Virus record (IMG/VR): IMGVR_UViG_3300047317_000139
Strand: one strand, 5' to 3'
DNA: 64,000 bases
DNA from: a virus
Lineage: Duplodnaviria > Heunggongvirae > Uroviricota > Caudoviricetes
The translations under genes and the position numbers were made by a program. Below are positions 1-9,170 of this stretch, in pieces. Position 1 is the first letter of the stretch. Each line of letters starts with the position of its first letter. The notes under the pieces were generated by a model. The model searched no databases. It saw only the letters and a program-made list of their open reading frames with translations, and had not been told where the DNA came from.

Positions 1-1
1 G

Positions 2-85
2 GCCTGGGGCAAGGACATCGACGACATCGGCGAGACACGCCGGATGAAAGTAGTCGATGCTCTTGTATCCACGCACGCCGTGTGA
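2..85 (+). CDS. 3' end of an upstream gene (C-terminal fragment, ...WGKDIDDIGETRRMKVVDALVSTHAV*)
   Basis: Open frame entering from the window edge and ending at a TGA near position 83-85. The gene is partial, so no function can be assigned. Confidence 0.25.
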   Translation, partial: AWGKDIDDIGETRRMKVVDALVSTHAV

Positions 86-99
86 ATAGAGTGTGATGC

Positions 100-486
100 A
101 TGGACACCACAGACCCTCTGGTCGCTGACTTCCTCCAGGCGAGGCGTGCTCGGGACCGGGCTCAGGCCGACCTGGACGAGGCCCAGGCCCGTCTGATCAA
201 GCAGATGGAGCAGGACCAGCGGAAGTCGTACCGGTGGACCGCGGACGGCATGTCGCACGCGGTCACCTACGTCACGAAGGGCGCGACCGTCATCGACGAG
301 AAGGGCCTGCGTCGTGCGCTGACCGCGAAGGTGTTCGACAAGTACACGGTCCGGAAGCTGGACCGCCATGCCATGGAGCAGGCCATGGACGAGGGCGCGA
401 TCGACCCGGTCACTGTCTCTCGGTTCGTCACCATCAAGCCCAGCCGCCCCTACCTGGAGCTGCGGGAGAAGGAGGTCCAGGAGTGA
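100..486 (+). CDS. hypothetical early protein (128 aa)
   Basis: ORF-table ORF with ATG start. It is the first of a tightly packed, co-oriented series of overlapping early genes. Confidence 0.5.
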   Translation: MDTTDPLVADFLQARRARDRAQADLDEAQARLIKQMEQDQRKSYRWTADGMSHAVTYVTKGATVIDEKGLRRALTAKVFDKYTVRKLDRHAMEQAMDEGAIDPVTVSRFVTIKPSRPYLELREKEVQE

Positions 487-677
487 ACGTAGAGGTCAAC
501 ACCCCGGAAGGCTGGGAGACGGTCGAGGACGTGATCGGCTTCCGCATCGACGAGCACCAGAACCTGATCATCTGGCGTGGCCCAGCGAAGCCGGAGGAGA
601 ACCCGAAGGGCTGGACTGACGTGGCCTTCTACGCCCCCGGCCACTGGCTCTCCTGCCTGCGTCAGGAGACCACATGA
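483..677 (+). CDS. hypothetical small protein (~64 aa, GTG start overlapping the previous stop)
   Basis: A GTGA start/stop overlap follows an AAGGAGG-like RBS about 9 nt upstream. Its stop overlaps the next ATG (ATGA). It is the C-terminal part of table ORF 234..677. Confidence 0.4.
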   Translation: MNVEVNTPEGWETVEDVIGFRIDEHQNLIIWRGPAKPEENPKGWTDVAFYAPGHWLSCLRQETT

Positions 678-928
678 GCACTCAGCCCAGCATCAACCGC
701 ATCGTGCACTACACGTCGTACGGCTCTGCGGACGGACGGTACAAGTCGAAGTGCCGGGCCGCGATCGTCACCGAGACACACCTTGCTCAGGACCCGCCCA
801 CTGTCGGGCTGGCCGTGCTCAACCCGACCGGGCTGTTCTTCGACCGCTACGTGCGGGAGAGCGACGAGCACACCGGTGGTACGTGGCACTGGCCTTGCAC
901 CACCCCCAGTGAGGAAGAGGAAGCCTGA
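674..928 (+). CDS. hypothetical protein (84 aa)
   Basis: ORF table; ATGA overlap with the upstream gene, and its stop overlaps the next ATG. Confidence 0.5.
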   Translation: MSTQPSINRIVHYTSYGSADGRYKSKCRAAIVTETHLAQDPPTVGLAVLNPTGLFFDRYVRESDEHTGGTWHWPCTTPSEEEEA

Positions 929-1245
929 TGGTCAACCCGAAGATCGTGGATGCGTCGGAGGTCAAGCGCCAGCCGCGCAAGGCCCCGGCCACCCGCATGA
1001 TCGAGGCTCTGCCGCCTGGTCTGCTGACCGCGCGTCAGGTGGCTGAGAGGTTCGAGGTGAACATCGAGACGATCCGTCGTCTGGCGCGCGCGAAGGACGG
1101 TGAGGGGAACGACCGGTTCACTGCTCCGTCCAAGGCTGCGAAGTCGGGCGAGCTGATCATCTGGGTCTACACCGAGGACGACATCAACGAGCTGGCCGAG
1201 TACTTCGGCGAGCGCGTCCCGAAGAAGCGAGGAAGGAAGGGATGA
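928..1245 (+). CDS. HTH DNA-binding protein (excisionase/MerR-like helix-turn-helix)
   Basis: The segment LLTARQVAERFEVNIETIRRLARAKDG looks like a classic helix-turn-helix. The protein is small and basic and sits in the early region. Confidence 0.45.
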   Translation: MVNPKIVDASEVKRQPRKAPATRMIEALPPGLLTARQVAERFEVNIETIRRLARAKDGEGNDRFTAPSKAAKSGELIIWVYTEDDINELAEYFGERVPKKRGRKG

Positions 1246-1490
1246 ACGAACCGGTCAAGCAAGGAACCGGATCCTACGAGCTGTTCGACGGCGACCAGAT
1301 CACGGTGGGGATGACCCACGAGATCAAGGTCGGCTACGACAAGTCGTGGGTGAAGTACGAGGCGATCACCAAGCTTCGTCCTGGAGAGGCAGCAGAAGAC
1401 GCAAGGACTAGGGCCATCGGCCACGTCAACGAGAGCGTCATGAGAGCAGTAGCCCAAGCAGTAGAGACAGTACGGAGGTTCAACGCATGA
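1242..1490 (+). CDS. hypothetical protein (82 aa)
   Basis: ORF table; translationally coupled to its neighbours. Confidence 0.45.
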   Translation: MNEPVKQGTGSYELFDGDQITVGMTHEIKVGYDKSWVKYEAITKLRPGEAAEDARTRAIGHVNESVMRAVAQAVETVRRFNA

Positions 1491-2266
1491 GGTTCGGAAA
1501 GTCGGCAGAGGAAGCCGCGGCAGAGCCTGGCCGCGGTGGTGGTGGAGGCGACTTCATCAAGTACCTGAAGGAGGGCGACAACACCGTCCGCATCCTCCAG
1601 GAGCCCACGGAGTGGAAGTACTACTGGGAGCACTTCTCCCCAGCGGGCTTCTCCTTCCCGTGCCCACGGGACAAGGACGACCCCCTGGACATGTGCCCTG
1701 GGTGCAGCAGCGACAACGAGAAGATGAAGAAGGTCAACCGCAGGATCGCCTTCAACGTGCTGCACTCGTTCAACGGCCAGGAGTACGTGGACGCCATGAA
1801 GATCGGCCCGATGGTGGCCGACAAGCTGGACAACCGCTACAAGAGGTTCGGCACGGTCACCGACCGCGACTACACGATCACGAAGTACAAGTCCTCGGGC
1901 GACCGCTGGGACTTCGACGTGGAGGGCAACACGGTCACGCCGATCGACCTGCGCAAGGAGGACTGGAAGGACATCGAGGCCCTGCTCCAGCAGGCCTGGG
2001 ACGACGCCTGGGGTGACCCGAGCCAGGCTGCCGCGAACCGCCAGGCCACCGAGGCCCCGAAGCGCCCCACCATCGCTGCGACCCCGAAGCCACAGCCGGA
2101 GGAGCCCCCTTTTGAGGAGGAGAAGGCCTACAACGAGGCGGACCTTCGCTCCATGGACCACACAGCCCTCGTGAAGCTCATCAACGATGAGATGAAGATG
2201 ATCCCACCGTCGACTCTGACGACCTCTGACGCTGTCGTGGACTGGCTGATGGAGCTCCAGAGCTGA
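1487..2266 (+). CDS. hypothetical replication-module protein (259 aa) with a Gly-rich N-terminus and a 3-Cys FPCP...MCPGC cluster
   Basis: Lies immediately upstream of, and coupled to, the DnaE-like polymerase gene. The Cys cluster suggests metal binding. Function unknown. Confidence 0.5.
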   Translation: MRFGKSAEEAAAEPGRGGGGGDFIKYLKEGDNTVRILQEPTEWKYYWEHFSPAGFSFPCPRDKDDPLDMCPGCSSDNEKMKKVNRRIAFNVLHSFNGQEYVDAMKIGPMVADKLDNRYKRFGTVTDRDYTITKYKSSGDRWDFDVEGNTVTPIDLRKEDWKDIEALLQQAWDDAWGDPSQAAANRQATEAPKRPTIAATPKPQPEEPPFEEEKAYNEADLRSMDHTALVKLINDEMKMIPPSTLTTSDAVVDWLMELQS

Positions 2267-5022
2267 TGAAGATCATCCCGACTCCCAGGTGGCGGGTGGT
2301 ACCTACGCCCGCCCCTGGGTGGTGGTCCCTGCACACCCACTCCCGGTACTCAGTCAACGACGCGATGGCCTCGGTGCCGGCGATCGTGGAGAAGGTAGCC
2401 GCGATGGGCCAGAGGGCAGTGGGTCTGCAGGACCACGGGAACATGGCCGCGAGCGTGGAGCTCTACCAGGCCTGCATGAAGGCCGGCATCACTCCGTTCC
2501 CCGGCTCAGAGATGTACTTCGTCCCCGACACCGCTGGGTACCGCGCGGTACGGGCGAGCAAGAAGGAGGGCCGGGAGAAGGCCACGATGTTCCACATGGG
2601 CGTCTCGGCGTACACCACCGAGGGCTACGAGAACCTGGTCAACCTGAGCACTCGCTCTCACCTGAACCACCACTACAAGCCACTGGTGGACTACCAGATG
2701 CTGGCCCAGCTGGCCGAGGACGGTCGCACTGCTGGGCTCGCGATAAACACCGGCTGTTACTACGGCTACCTGGCTCAGACACTCCTGCATGAAGGAGAGG
2801 ATGCGGCTCGACAGTTCCTGTACACGTTGAGTGAGTGGTTTCCCGACTCGGTGTACGTGGAGATCCAGAACCACAACATCACACACGACGAGGGGACGAA
2901 CGACGATGAGCTGGCTGATGGGCTTGTGGTACTGGCTGACCGAGTTGGTCTCCCCGTGGTCATCACTCAGGACTCGCACTACCTCGACGAAGGCGACCGT
3001 GCCGACCACGATGGGCTCAAACGCCTCGTCTCCTTCGGCCCGGACCCAGACGACGCTGTTTTCCCAGGGGACGGCTTTCACGTATGTGATGCCCAGTGGA
3101 TCGCCGACCGTCACAGTGAACGTCGCCTTGCGCGAGGAGTGGAAGGACTGGCAGATCTCCTCGGTCGCCACACACTCACGATCCCTGTCCTTGACTCTTA
3201 CTCCTACTCGGTCCCGGAGGTAGTCGACAATCCGCAGAAGGCCATGCAGGCCCGATGCGTGGCTGCTCTGGAGGGGATGTTCGCACCGAAGAAGGTGCCA
3301 CCTCGCTACGCCAACCAGCTGCTCGAAGAGTTCAACGTGATCGAGGCCAGCGGGATGGCCGGGTACATGATGCTGGTCAGTCAGGTCACCGACTGGCTGC
3401 GCACCAACGACGTGATGTTCCAGACCAGGGGCAGTGCTGCCGGCTCGCTGGTGTGCTGGACGCTGGGGATCAGCAACGTCGACCCGATCAAGTGGAACCT
3501 GCGCTTCGAGCGCTTCCTGAGCAAGGACCGGACCAAGCCTCCGGATGTTGACCTGGACGTGGCCCACGACCGGCGCGACGATCTGCTCGCGATGCTGAAC
3601 ACCCGGTTCACCGCACACCAGATCGGGTCGTGGGCCACCTACTCCCTCAACGAGACCGTGGACGTGGATGGAGAGACTCAAAGAGGGTCCCTACGGGTGA
3701 GGTACTACTCGGCCTCGGGGAAGAAGGATGACGGGGCCTCCTCCTGGGCCGAGGTGCCTGAGGCAGATCGCGCGATGCTAGTACGCCTCAGCGATCGCCA
3801 TCTGTACAAGGGCATGGGCACGAACGCCGCTGGCATCGTGCTCACCTCGACCCTGGAGGAGTTTCAGCGTCTGGTGCCGATGGCCTGGATGGCACGCAGC
3901 AACAACAAGGGTGGGTTCGTCACCCAGTACAGCAAGGACCAGATCGAGGCGCTGGGACTGGTGAAGCTCGACGCGCTCGGGAGCAAGACGCTCACCGTGC
4001 TGGACCACTGCATGCGGATGCTGGACCTGCCCATCAACCGGATCGGTGACATCGAGTACCAGGACGTGCCCACCTACAACCTGATCCGCAGCGGGTACAC
4101 CGATGGGCTGTTCCAGCTGGAGGGTCGGAGCACCCAGTGGGGTCTGAAGGACCTGAAGCCGACCTCGATCAAGGACGTGATCGCGGCGATGGCACTGTTC
4201 CGTCCGGCCACCATGAACACCGGTGCCACTCGTGCGTTCATCGAGCGCAAGTGGGGTGGCGCAGTGCCGCTGCGGCATGAGCTGATCATGAAGGCCACCA
4301 AGGACACGCACGGGATCATGCTCTACCAGGAGCAGGTGATCGACCTGCTGCGTGGGCTGGGCATGGACGCGGACAACCTGACCAGGTTCCTGAAGGCCGT
4401 GAAGGCCAGCAACAAGGACATCGGATCCGCTGGCGTGGTGATCGAGTCGTACCAGAAGTGGATCCACGAGCGCTGCGAGCAGGAGGGGATGAGCGCTGAT
4501 GACCAGAAGTTCCTCCACGACGCCATCGCCGGCTTCGCCGAGTACGGCTTCAACCGTGCTCATGCGACTGTCTACGGCATCACGGCGTACCGCGCGGCGT
4601 ATCTGGCTGCTCGTCATCCACTGCAGTACCACACTGCGCTCCTGGGCGTCGCGAGCGAGGGAGACAGCAAGAAGGAGAACCGCTACCTCAAAACCACGAA
4701 GCGACGTGGCGTACGAGTCCTCGCCCCCGAGATCAACACCTCAGGAGCCTCCTACACCGTCGATGAGCAGCGTGGAGCCATCCGTCGCGGACTCCAGTCC
4801 ATTGACGGGGTTGGGGCGATCAGCGCCGCTCGACTGGAGGCTCTCCAGCCCTTCCGGGACCTGGACGATCTGGTCGAGCGAGCCGCCGCCCAGACCGTTT
4901 CTGGACACAAGGAGTACGACGGCACTCCCGAGTCACTCACTGGTGTCCTGGGGAAGCTCTACGCCTCCGGATGCCTGACCGTACTGACCAACGTGAGGAA
5001 GATCCACGATGCACAGATGTGA
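2266..5022 (+). CDS. dnaE: DNA polymerase III alpha subunit-like replicative polymerase (compact, 918 aa, N-terminal PHP domain)
   Basis: The N-terminal WSLHTHSRYSVNDAMASV...GLQDHGNMAA...GSEMYF matches the PHP (histidinol-phosphatase-like) domain motifs of DnaE. Length and downstream conservation fit a trimmed phage DnaE. Confidence 0.8.
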   Translation: MKIIPTPRWRVVPTPAPGWWSLHTHSRYSVNDAMASVPAIVEKVAAMGQRAVGLQDHGNMAASVELYQACMKAGITPFPGSEMYFVPDTAGYRAVRASKKEGREKATMFHMGVSAYTTEGYENLVNLSTRSHLNHHYKPLVDYQMLAQLAEDGRTAGLAINTGCYYGYLAQTLLHEGEDAARQFLYTLSEWFPDSVYVEIQNHNITHDEGTNDDELADGLVVLADRVGLPVVITQDSHYLDEGDRADHDGLKRLVSFGPDPDDAVFPGDGFHVCDAQWIADRHSERRLARGVEGLADLLGRHTLTIPVLDSYSYSVPEVVDNPQKAMQARCVAALEGMFAPKKVPPRYANQLLEEFNVIEASGMAGYMMLVSQVTDWLRTNDVMFQTRGSAAGSLVCWTLGISNVDPIKWNLRFERFLSKDRTKPPDVDLDVAHDRRDDLLAMLNTRFTAHQIGSWATYSLNETVDVDGETQRGSLRVRYYSASGKKDDGASSWAEVPEADRAMLVRLSDRHLYKGMGTNAAGIVLTSTLEEFQRLVPMAWMARSNNKGGFVTQYSKDQIEALGLVKLDALGSKTLTVLDHCMRMLDLPINRIGDIEYQDVPTYNLIRSGYTDGLFQLEGRSTQWGLKDLKPTSIKDVIAAMALFRPATMNTGATRAFIERKWGGAVPLRHELIMKATKDTHGIMLYQEQVIDLLRGLGMDADNLTRFLKAVKASNKDIGSAGVVIESYQKWIHERCEQEGMSADDQKFLHDAIAGFAEYGFNRAHATVYGITAYRAAYLAARHPLQYHTALLGVASEGDSKKENRYLKTTKRRGVRVLAPEINTSGASYTVDEQRGAIRRGLQSIDGVGAISAARLEALQPFRDLDDLVERAAAQTVSGHKEYDGTPESLTGVLGKLYASGCLTVLTNVRKIHDAQM

Positions 5023-5338
5023 AGCACTGGTGAGCCAGCAGAGTGGCGGACACCCGCACTACCGCGTGATGTTCGTGCCCTGTGGCGCGGAGAACGCCGA
5101 TCTCCACCACAAGCTGACCAGAGCACGGGGTGGGGTGCTCCTGGACATCGCTGGTGAGACCTACCACCAGATCTACCTGTGCCGTGAGCACCACAACATG
5201 GCTCACGACGAGGGCAACGCCTTCGGACGTGGCCTGCTGATCAGAGGGTCGGTGACCACGCATCGCGATGGGAAGCCGCTGTACTGCGGGCCCGATGAGT
5301 ACCTGCTGGAGCGCTACGGAGAGGACGCGCGAGTCTGA
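5009..5338 (+). CDS. HNH endonuclease
   Basis: Cys pairs flank a CREHHNMAHDEGN motif (HNH signature). The protein is small and overlaps the end of the polymerase gene. Confidence 0.6.
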   Translation: MHRCEALVSQQSGGHPHYRVMFVPCGAENADLHHKLTRARGGVLLDIAGETYHQIYLCREHHNMAHDEGNAFGRGLLIRGSVTTHRDGKPLYCGPDEYLLERYGEDARV

Positions 5339-5532
5339 TGGAGTGGGAAGAGGGCCTGCGGATGGCTCAGCACATGAAGGAGCAGGACGCCAACATCAAG
5401 GCTGCGATCTTCCAGTGCCAGGCCAACCAGCACGGTGTGGTCGCCCTGAAGTTCACCAACGAGTGTCGGGAGATGGAGATCGAGATCCTGGATGAGCCGT
5501 TCGGCGACGACGTGCGGGTGTACCCGGGATGA
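5338..5532 (+). CDS. hypothetical protein (64 aa)
   Basis: ORF table; ATGA-type coupling with both neighbours. Confidence 0.35.
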   Translation: MEWEEGLRMAQHMKEQDANIKAAIFQCQANQHGVVALKFTNECREMEIEILDEPFGDDVRVYPG

Positions 5533-6284
5533 GGTTCTCCGAGACGGTCAAGCACGTCGACCCAGGCCTGGTGCTGTCCAAGCGGCACGAGGCGTGGATC
5601 ACCGGCAGTGACCACCCGATGTACAGCCAGCGAGCTGTCGACTTCGCTCAGTCACAACTGGGCAAGGTGGACAGGAAACGTGAGGGCACCCTCAGCGCGA
5701 GCTCACTGGGTGAGTGCGAGCGGTACCAGCAGTTCGTGTTCATCGGGATGCCCAAGCTGATGCCAGACGCGAAGAACGCGGCGAAGATGGCCAACGGCTC
5801 GTTCATGCACCTGCGCTGGCAGATGGAGGGCCTGACCGAGGGCTGGCTGGACTTCGCTGAGGTGCCCATCAACAGTGATGCATACCATCTGATGGGTACG
5901 ATGGATGGGGTGTTGTACGACGGTTCCATCCTGGAGCTGAAGAGCATCAACGCCAACGGATTCAGTCGTATCGCTGCCTTCGGACCACTGCATCCGCACC
6001 TCTACCAGATGGCCACGTACATGCTCTGCTCAGCTCGGGAGAAGGGCGTCTTCCTGTACGAGAACAAGGACACCCAGGAGTACACCGAGATCGTGGTGGA
6101 CCCCGACGACCTGCCCATGACCGAGGTGCTGATCAAGGCGGAGAAGATGTGGGAGAGCACGCAGCGACAGGTGCTGAGCGAGCCACTGAGCGACTGCATG
6201 GACAAGAAGGGCTGGAAGTACAACAGCTGCCCGTTCCGGGACCGGTGCCTGTTCGTCTACGACTGGGCGGAGGCGGAGAAGTGA
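5529..6284 (+). CDS. Cas4/RecB-family PD-(D/E)XK exonuclease with a C-terminal Fe-S-type Cys cluster
   Basis: A QMATYMLC (QhxxY-like) motif and a C-terminal SDCMDKKGWKYNSCPFRDRC cysteine cluster resemble Cas4-like phage exonucleases. Confidence 0.6.
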   Translation: MRFSETVKHVDPGLVLSKRHEAWITGSDHPMYSQRAVDFAQSQLGKVDRKREGTLSASSLGECERYQQFVFIGMPKLMPDAKNAAKMANGSFMHLRWQMEGLTEGWLDFAEVPINSDAYHLMGTMDGVLYDGSILELKSINANGFSRIAAFGPLHPHLYQMATYMLCSAREKGVFLYENKDTQEYTEIVVDPDDLPMTEVLIKAEKMWESTQRQVLSEPLSDCMDKKGWKYNSCPFRDRCLFVYDWAEAEK

Positions 6285-6421
6285 TGGATCACATCAGGTT
6301 GTGCTGGGACCACCTCCAGGTGGTGCCCGAGGAGCTGCACCGGGTCTACGCGAAGGAGCTGGTGATCGACATCACCAAGCCTGATGACTGCGAGTTCTGC
6401 CAGATGTTGGTGCTGTCATGA
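6284..6421 (+). CDS. hypothetical small protein (~45 aa)
   Basis: ATG overlaps the upstream TGA, and its stop overlaps the next start. The ORF is short, so this is a weak call. Confidence 0.2.
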   Translation: MDHIRLCWDHLQVVPEELHRVYAKELVIDITKPDDCEFCQMLVLS

Positions 6422-6642
6422 GCGAGAAGAAGATCACCGACGAGGCTCTGGTGGCCTTCGTGAGGTGGTGCCGGCTCAACGACGGACAGCTGGTGACTGA
6501 GCCAGTGACCGCGCGTCGGGTGTTCAACGCCTACAGGCTGATCCCACCCGTTGTTTCACGTGAAACCATCTGCACCGAGTGCGGCAACGACCTGGTGTGT
6601 GAGGGCTACGAGCTGTGCTCAGAGTGCCTGGAGCAGACATGA
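6418..6642 (+). CDS. zinc-ribbon protein (CTECGN...CEGYELCSEC)
   Basis: Four-Cys zinc-ribbon-like cluster at the C-terminus; ORF table. Confidence 0.4.
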   Translation: MSEKKITDEALVAFVRWCRLNDGQLVTEPVTARRVFNAYRLIPPVVSRETICTECGNDLVCEGYELCSECLEQT

Positions 6643-7031
6643 GTGACTGGGAGCCACCCGGGCTGCGGGAGCTGGTCAAGCGGCTGAGCTACAAGCCCAA
6701 CTGGATGATCTACCTGGGCACCGACAACGAGGACGACAGGTGGCTCACCCTGCACATCGTGAGCGAGACCCCGGACTCATACAACACAAAACGGACCGTC
6801 CGGGTGAACCACTCGTTCCTGGTGCCGATGGCCAGCTACAACGAGGTGAACTGGATCGCCTGGCTGTTCGACCGGATCCGGCAGGTGGAGGCGCACGAGG
6901 CCGGCGAGTACTTCATGGTGGACGGGATCAGGGTCTTCGCGCCTCATCACGGCAACGGCGAGGACCCGTACCGGGTCTGGTTCGTGGGTGACTACGCCGA
7001 CACCAGGGTGAAGGCGGGGGAGAGTCGATGA
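6639..7031 (+). CDS. hypothetical protein (~130 aa)
   Basis: ATG at 6639 (MSDWEPPG) overlaps the upstream TGA. The table ORF 6615..7031 probably starts too early. Confidence 0.45.
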   Translation: MSDWEPPGLRELVKRLSYKPNWMIYLGTDNEDDRWLTLHIVSETPDSYNTKRTVRVNHSFLVPMASYNEVNWIAWLFDRIRQVEAHEAGEYFMVDGIRVFAPHHGNGEDPYRVWFVGDYADTRVKAGESR

Positions 7032-7444
7032 AGGTGATCCCGGAGGTCAGAGCTCCGGACCGTAGGTTCAGCCACCGCCTCACCGATGTGGAGACCATCG
7101 AGGGCCTGCCGGACATCGAAGAGCTCCAGGACGAGCTGCTGGGCTACGCCAACGTCATCCTGGGGAGAGCTGACCCGCCCCTGCAGCTGGACGGGTTCTA
7201 TCTCGATCTGATGGAGGTCGCCGCGGTCTACTACGCGCGGGCTAAGGAGATCGACATGCTGATCCACTGGGAGGAGCAGAACAGACGAGTGATCAGGGGC
7301 AGCCCGTACTACCGGTTCCGCACTGGTCAGCTGCGCAGCTTCATGGAGATGGCCAAGATGATGGCGGATCTCGGGAGTAGGAGACTCACCCAGGAACGAC
7401 TGCTCAGTGAGCAGCGGTACGACGCCGGCAACGGTGACTCATGA
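7028..7444 (+). CDS. hypothetical protein (138 aa)
   Basis: ORF table; coupled to its neighbours. Confidence 0.45.
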   Translation: MKVIPEVRAPDRRFSHRLTDVETIEGLPDIEELQDELLGYANVILGRADPPLQLDGFYLDLMEVAAVYYARAKEIDMLIHWEEQNRRVIRGSPYYRFRTGQLRSFMEMAKMMADLGSRRLTQERLLSEQRYDAGNGDS

Positions 7445-7803
7445 TCATCCCGACCTACTGCTGCGGGGAGTGGCGGAACGGACGTTGCTCGTACTGTCCT
7501 GTGCTCAGGGCGCGGGAGCGTGCCATCCACAGTGTTGAAGACCATACTCAGCAGTGGTGGCGGGTAGAGGCGTTCAAGGCAGCAGATCGGGTGATGAGGC
7601 GGATGGAGAGCTTCACCACCGATGACATCTGGATCGACCTGGAGAAGCGGGGAGTGGAAGCCCCACATGAGCCCAGAGCGATGGGCCCGATCATCCGGGT
7701 ACTGACGGGGAGCGGAGAGATCAAGTTCACGGGTAGGTACACCCAGAGCGTGATCCCACGGGGACATGGAAGAACTGTCAAGATCTACACAGTGATGTTC
7801 TGA
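7441..7803 (+). CDS. Cys-rich (CCGEWRNGRCSYCP) hypothetical protein
   Basis: N-terminal cysteine cluster; ORF table. Confidence 0.45.
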   Translation: MIIPTYCCGEWRNGRCSYCPVLRARERAIHSVEDHTQQWWRVEAFKAADRVMRRMESFTTDDIWIDLEKRGVEAPHEPRAMGPIIRVLTGSGEIKFTGRYTQSVIPRGHGRTVKIYTVMF

Positions 7804-7813
7804 GGAGTCAGGC

Positions 7814-8083
7814 ATGAGTGCACAGGTCCTAGAGCGGAACGAGGACTCGCGGGATGAGACGCGAGACGACCTCCACGCGGCGAACAGAGCACGTCTGGTG
7901 GCCAAGGAGCGCTACGAGGCAGCCCTGATGAAGGCGCGGGCAGAGGGCTGGAACAACTCCCAGATCGCACGAGCCCTGGGAGTGAGTGAGGCTGCGGTAC
8001 GCCTGTACTGGAAGCGTCACCCCTACTTGGTCCGCGATCTCTCTACCGTTGTAGAAGTCCATACCAACCGGAAGGCGTCTTGA
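7814..8083 (+). CDS. HTH DNA-binding protein (sigma-70 region-4-like helix: NNSQIARALGVSEAAVRLYW)
   Basis: Helix-turn-helix motif typical of small phage transcription regulators. Confidence 0.45.
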   Translation: MSAQVLERNEDSRDETRDDLHAANRARLVAKERYEAALMKARAEGWNNSQIARALGVSEAAVRLYWKRHPYLVRDLSTVVEVHTNRKAS

Positions 8084-8829
8084 TGAGCACTGTGCATGTC
8101 ATGCACTGCTCCATGCAGTTCTCGGACAACACGGCCCAGAAGAAGGCCGATGCGAAGAAGATCTTCGACCGCGCCAAGACCCGGAAGGTGGGCTGGATCA
8201 CGGGCACCGAGGCGGGGATGGGAGCCAGTGCCGACCTGAGGAAGGCACTCCAGGATGAGGCACGAGCCCACAACTACAAGTTCGTGGTGCACTCAGATGT
8301 CTGGATCGCGGTGAACCGAGAGCTGATCACTCGTGGCTCCTGGGATGACGGCTGGATCGCCACCCTCCCGAGCAGCGCGGGGAGTCAGAAGTTCAGCGAG
8401 CGTGGGCTGGTCTGGGTCCAGTTCGCGAACAAGGAGCTGGGCACGATCAGTGTGGGCTGCAGCCACTACATGACTCATGGCCAGAAGCCCTCTGACGAGT
8501 ACTACAAGGCCAACATCAAGGCGGCCAAGACGATCGGGGACTGGGCCAAGAAGCACGGTGCCGGCTCCAAGATCTGCTTCTACGGTGGGGACCAGAACAT
8601 CCAGGACCGCGATGGCGACACGTTCCGCGGTCAGCCGATGACCTCGCTGGCTGATGAGCTGAAGGACTGGCAGAGCACTGGGCATGGTGCGATCGACGTG
8701 ATCGCCTCCTACGACCACGACGGTCGGGTCAAGGGCAAGTACTGGCGGGTGCTGGATGACAAGGAGTTCTTCCTGAACACCGACCACTGGCTGTGTGAGG
8801 GTGGGTTCGAGGTAGGACCTGTGAAGTGA
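8080..8829 (+). CDS. endonuclease/exonuclease/phosphatase (EEP)-family protein, paralogue 1
   Basis: Carries an N-terminal HxxHCSxxF motif, a GGDQN (GDxN-like) motif and a C-terminal NTDHW (SDH-like) motif. It is clearly homologous to 9376..10332. Confidence 0.5.
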   Translation: MMSTVHVMHCSMQFSDNTAQKKADAKKIFDRAKTRKVGWITGTEAGMGASADLRKALQDEARAHNYKFVVHSDVWIAVNRELITRGSWDDGWIATLPSSAGSQKFSERGLVWVQFANKELGTISVGCSHYMTHGQKPSDEYYKANIKAAKTIGDWAKKHGAGSKICFYGGDQNIQDRDGDTFRGQPMTSLADELKDWQSTGHGAIDVIASYDHDGRVKGKYWRVLDDKEFFLNTDHWLCEGGFEVGPVK

Positions 8830-9113
8830 CCTGGCTGGTGGCCCTGGTGATGGCCATGACGGGCTCAGTCAGCCCACACGAGTTCAGGCAGCTCGACCTG
8901 GGGATGACGCGCTACCGCGTGCATCACATCACCGAGGCGACCGGGGTCAAGGTCGCACCTGGGGAATGGCGCTACCGGACCTCACTGGGCATGGGCACCA
9001 AGGTGGTGCTGGACTTCACCAGAGCGCACAAGGAAGACCCGATGCGACTCACGCAGAAGCGCTGGTGCACCAGGGACTTCACTCCGGTGTGGACCTGCCA
9101 GCACCATCCCTGA
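8826..9113 (+). CDS. hypothetical protein (95 aa)
   Basis: ORF table; its stop abuts the operator repeats. Confidence 0.4.
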   Translation: MTWLVALVMAMTGSVSPHEFRQLDLGMTRYRVHHITEATGVKVAPGEWRYRTSLGMGTKVVLDFTRAHKEDPMRLTQKRWCTRDFTPVWTCQHHP

Positions 9114-9170
9114 GTGATATCACCACGAGTGATATCACCTGTGGTTTGATATCACCATGAGTGATATCAC
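9114..9170. promoter_or_regulatory. four tandem copies of the 10-bp perfect palindrome GTGATATCAC (one as TTGATATCAC) spaced about 15-18 bp apart: a putative operator array
   Basis: Read directly: ...tgaGTGATATCACcacgaGTGATATCACctgtggttTGATATCACcatgaGTGATATCACcaag. The last copy overlaps the ATG of the RHH gene. GATATC is otherwise expected to be very rare at this GC content. Confidence 0.55.

Noticed and set aside
1334-2161. Long antisense table ORFs (e.g. 1334..2161, 2506..3681, 3778..4632, 16527..18641 at 704 aa, 26056..28296 at 746 aa, 29183..30490, 30521..31810, 32212..33678, 33785..34915, 43946..45205, 46142..47449, 51592..52677, all on the - strand)
   Set aside because: They lie entirely antisense or out of frame to strongly supported genes (polymerase, fibre, portal, TMP and others). 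They are Arg/Gly/Pro/Val-rich with no motifs, which is typical of high-GC shadow ORFs without stop codons. They are not called as genes.
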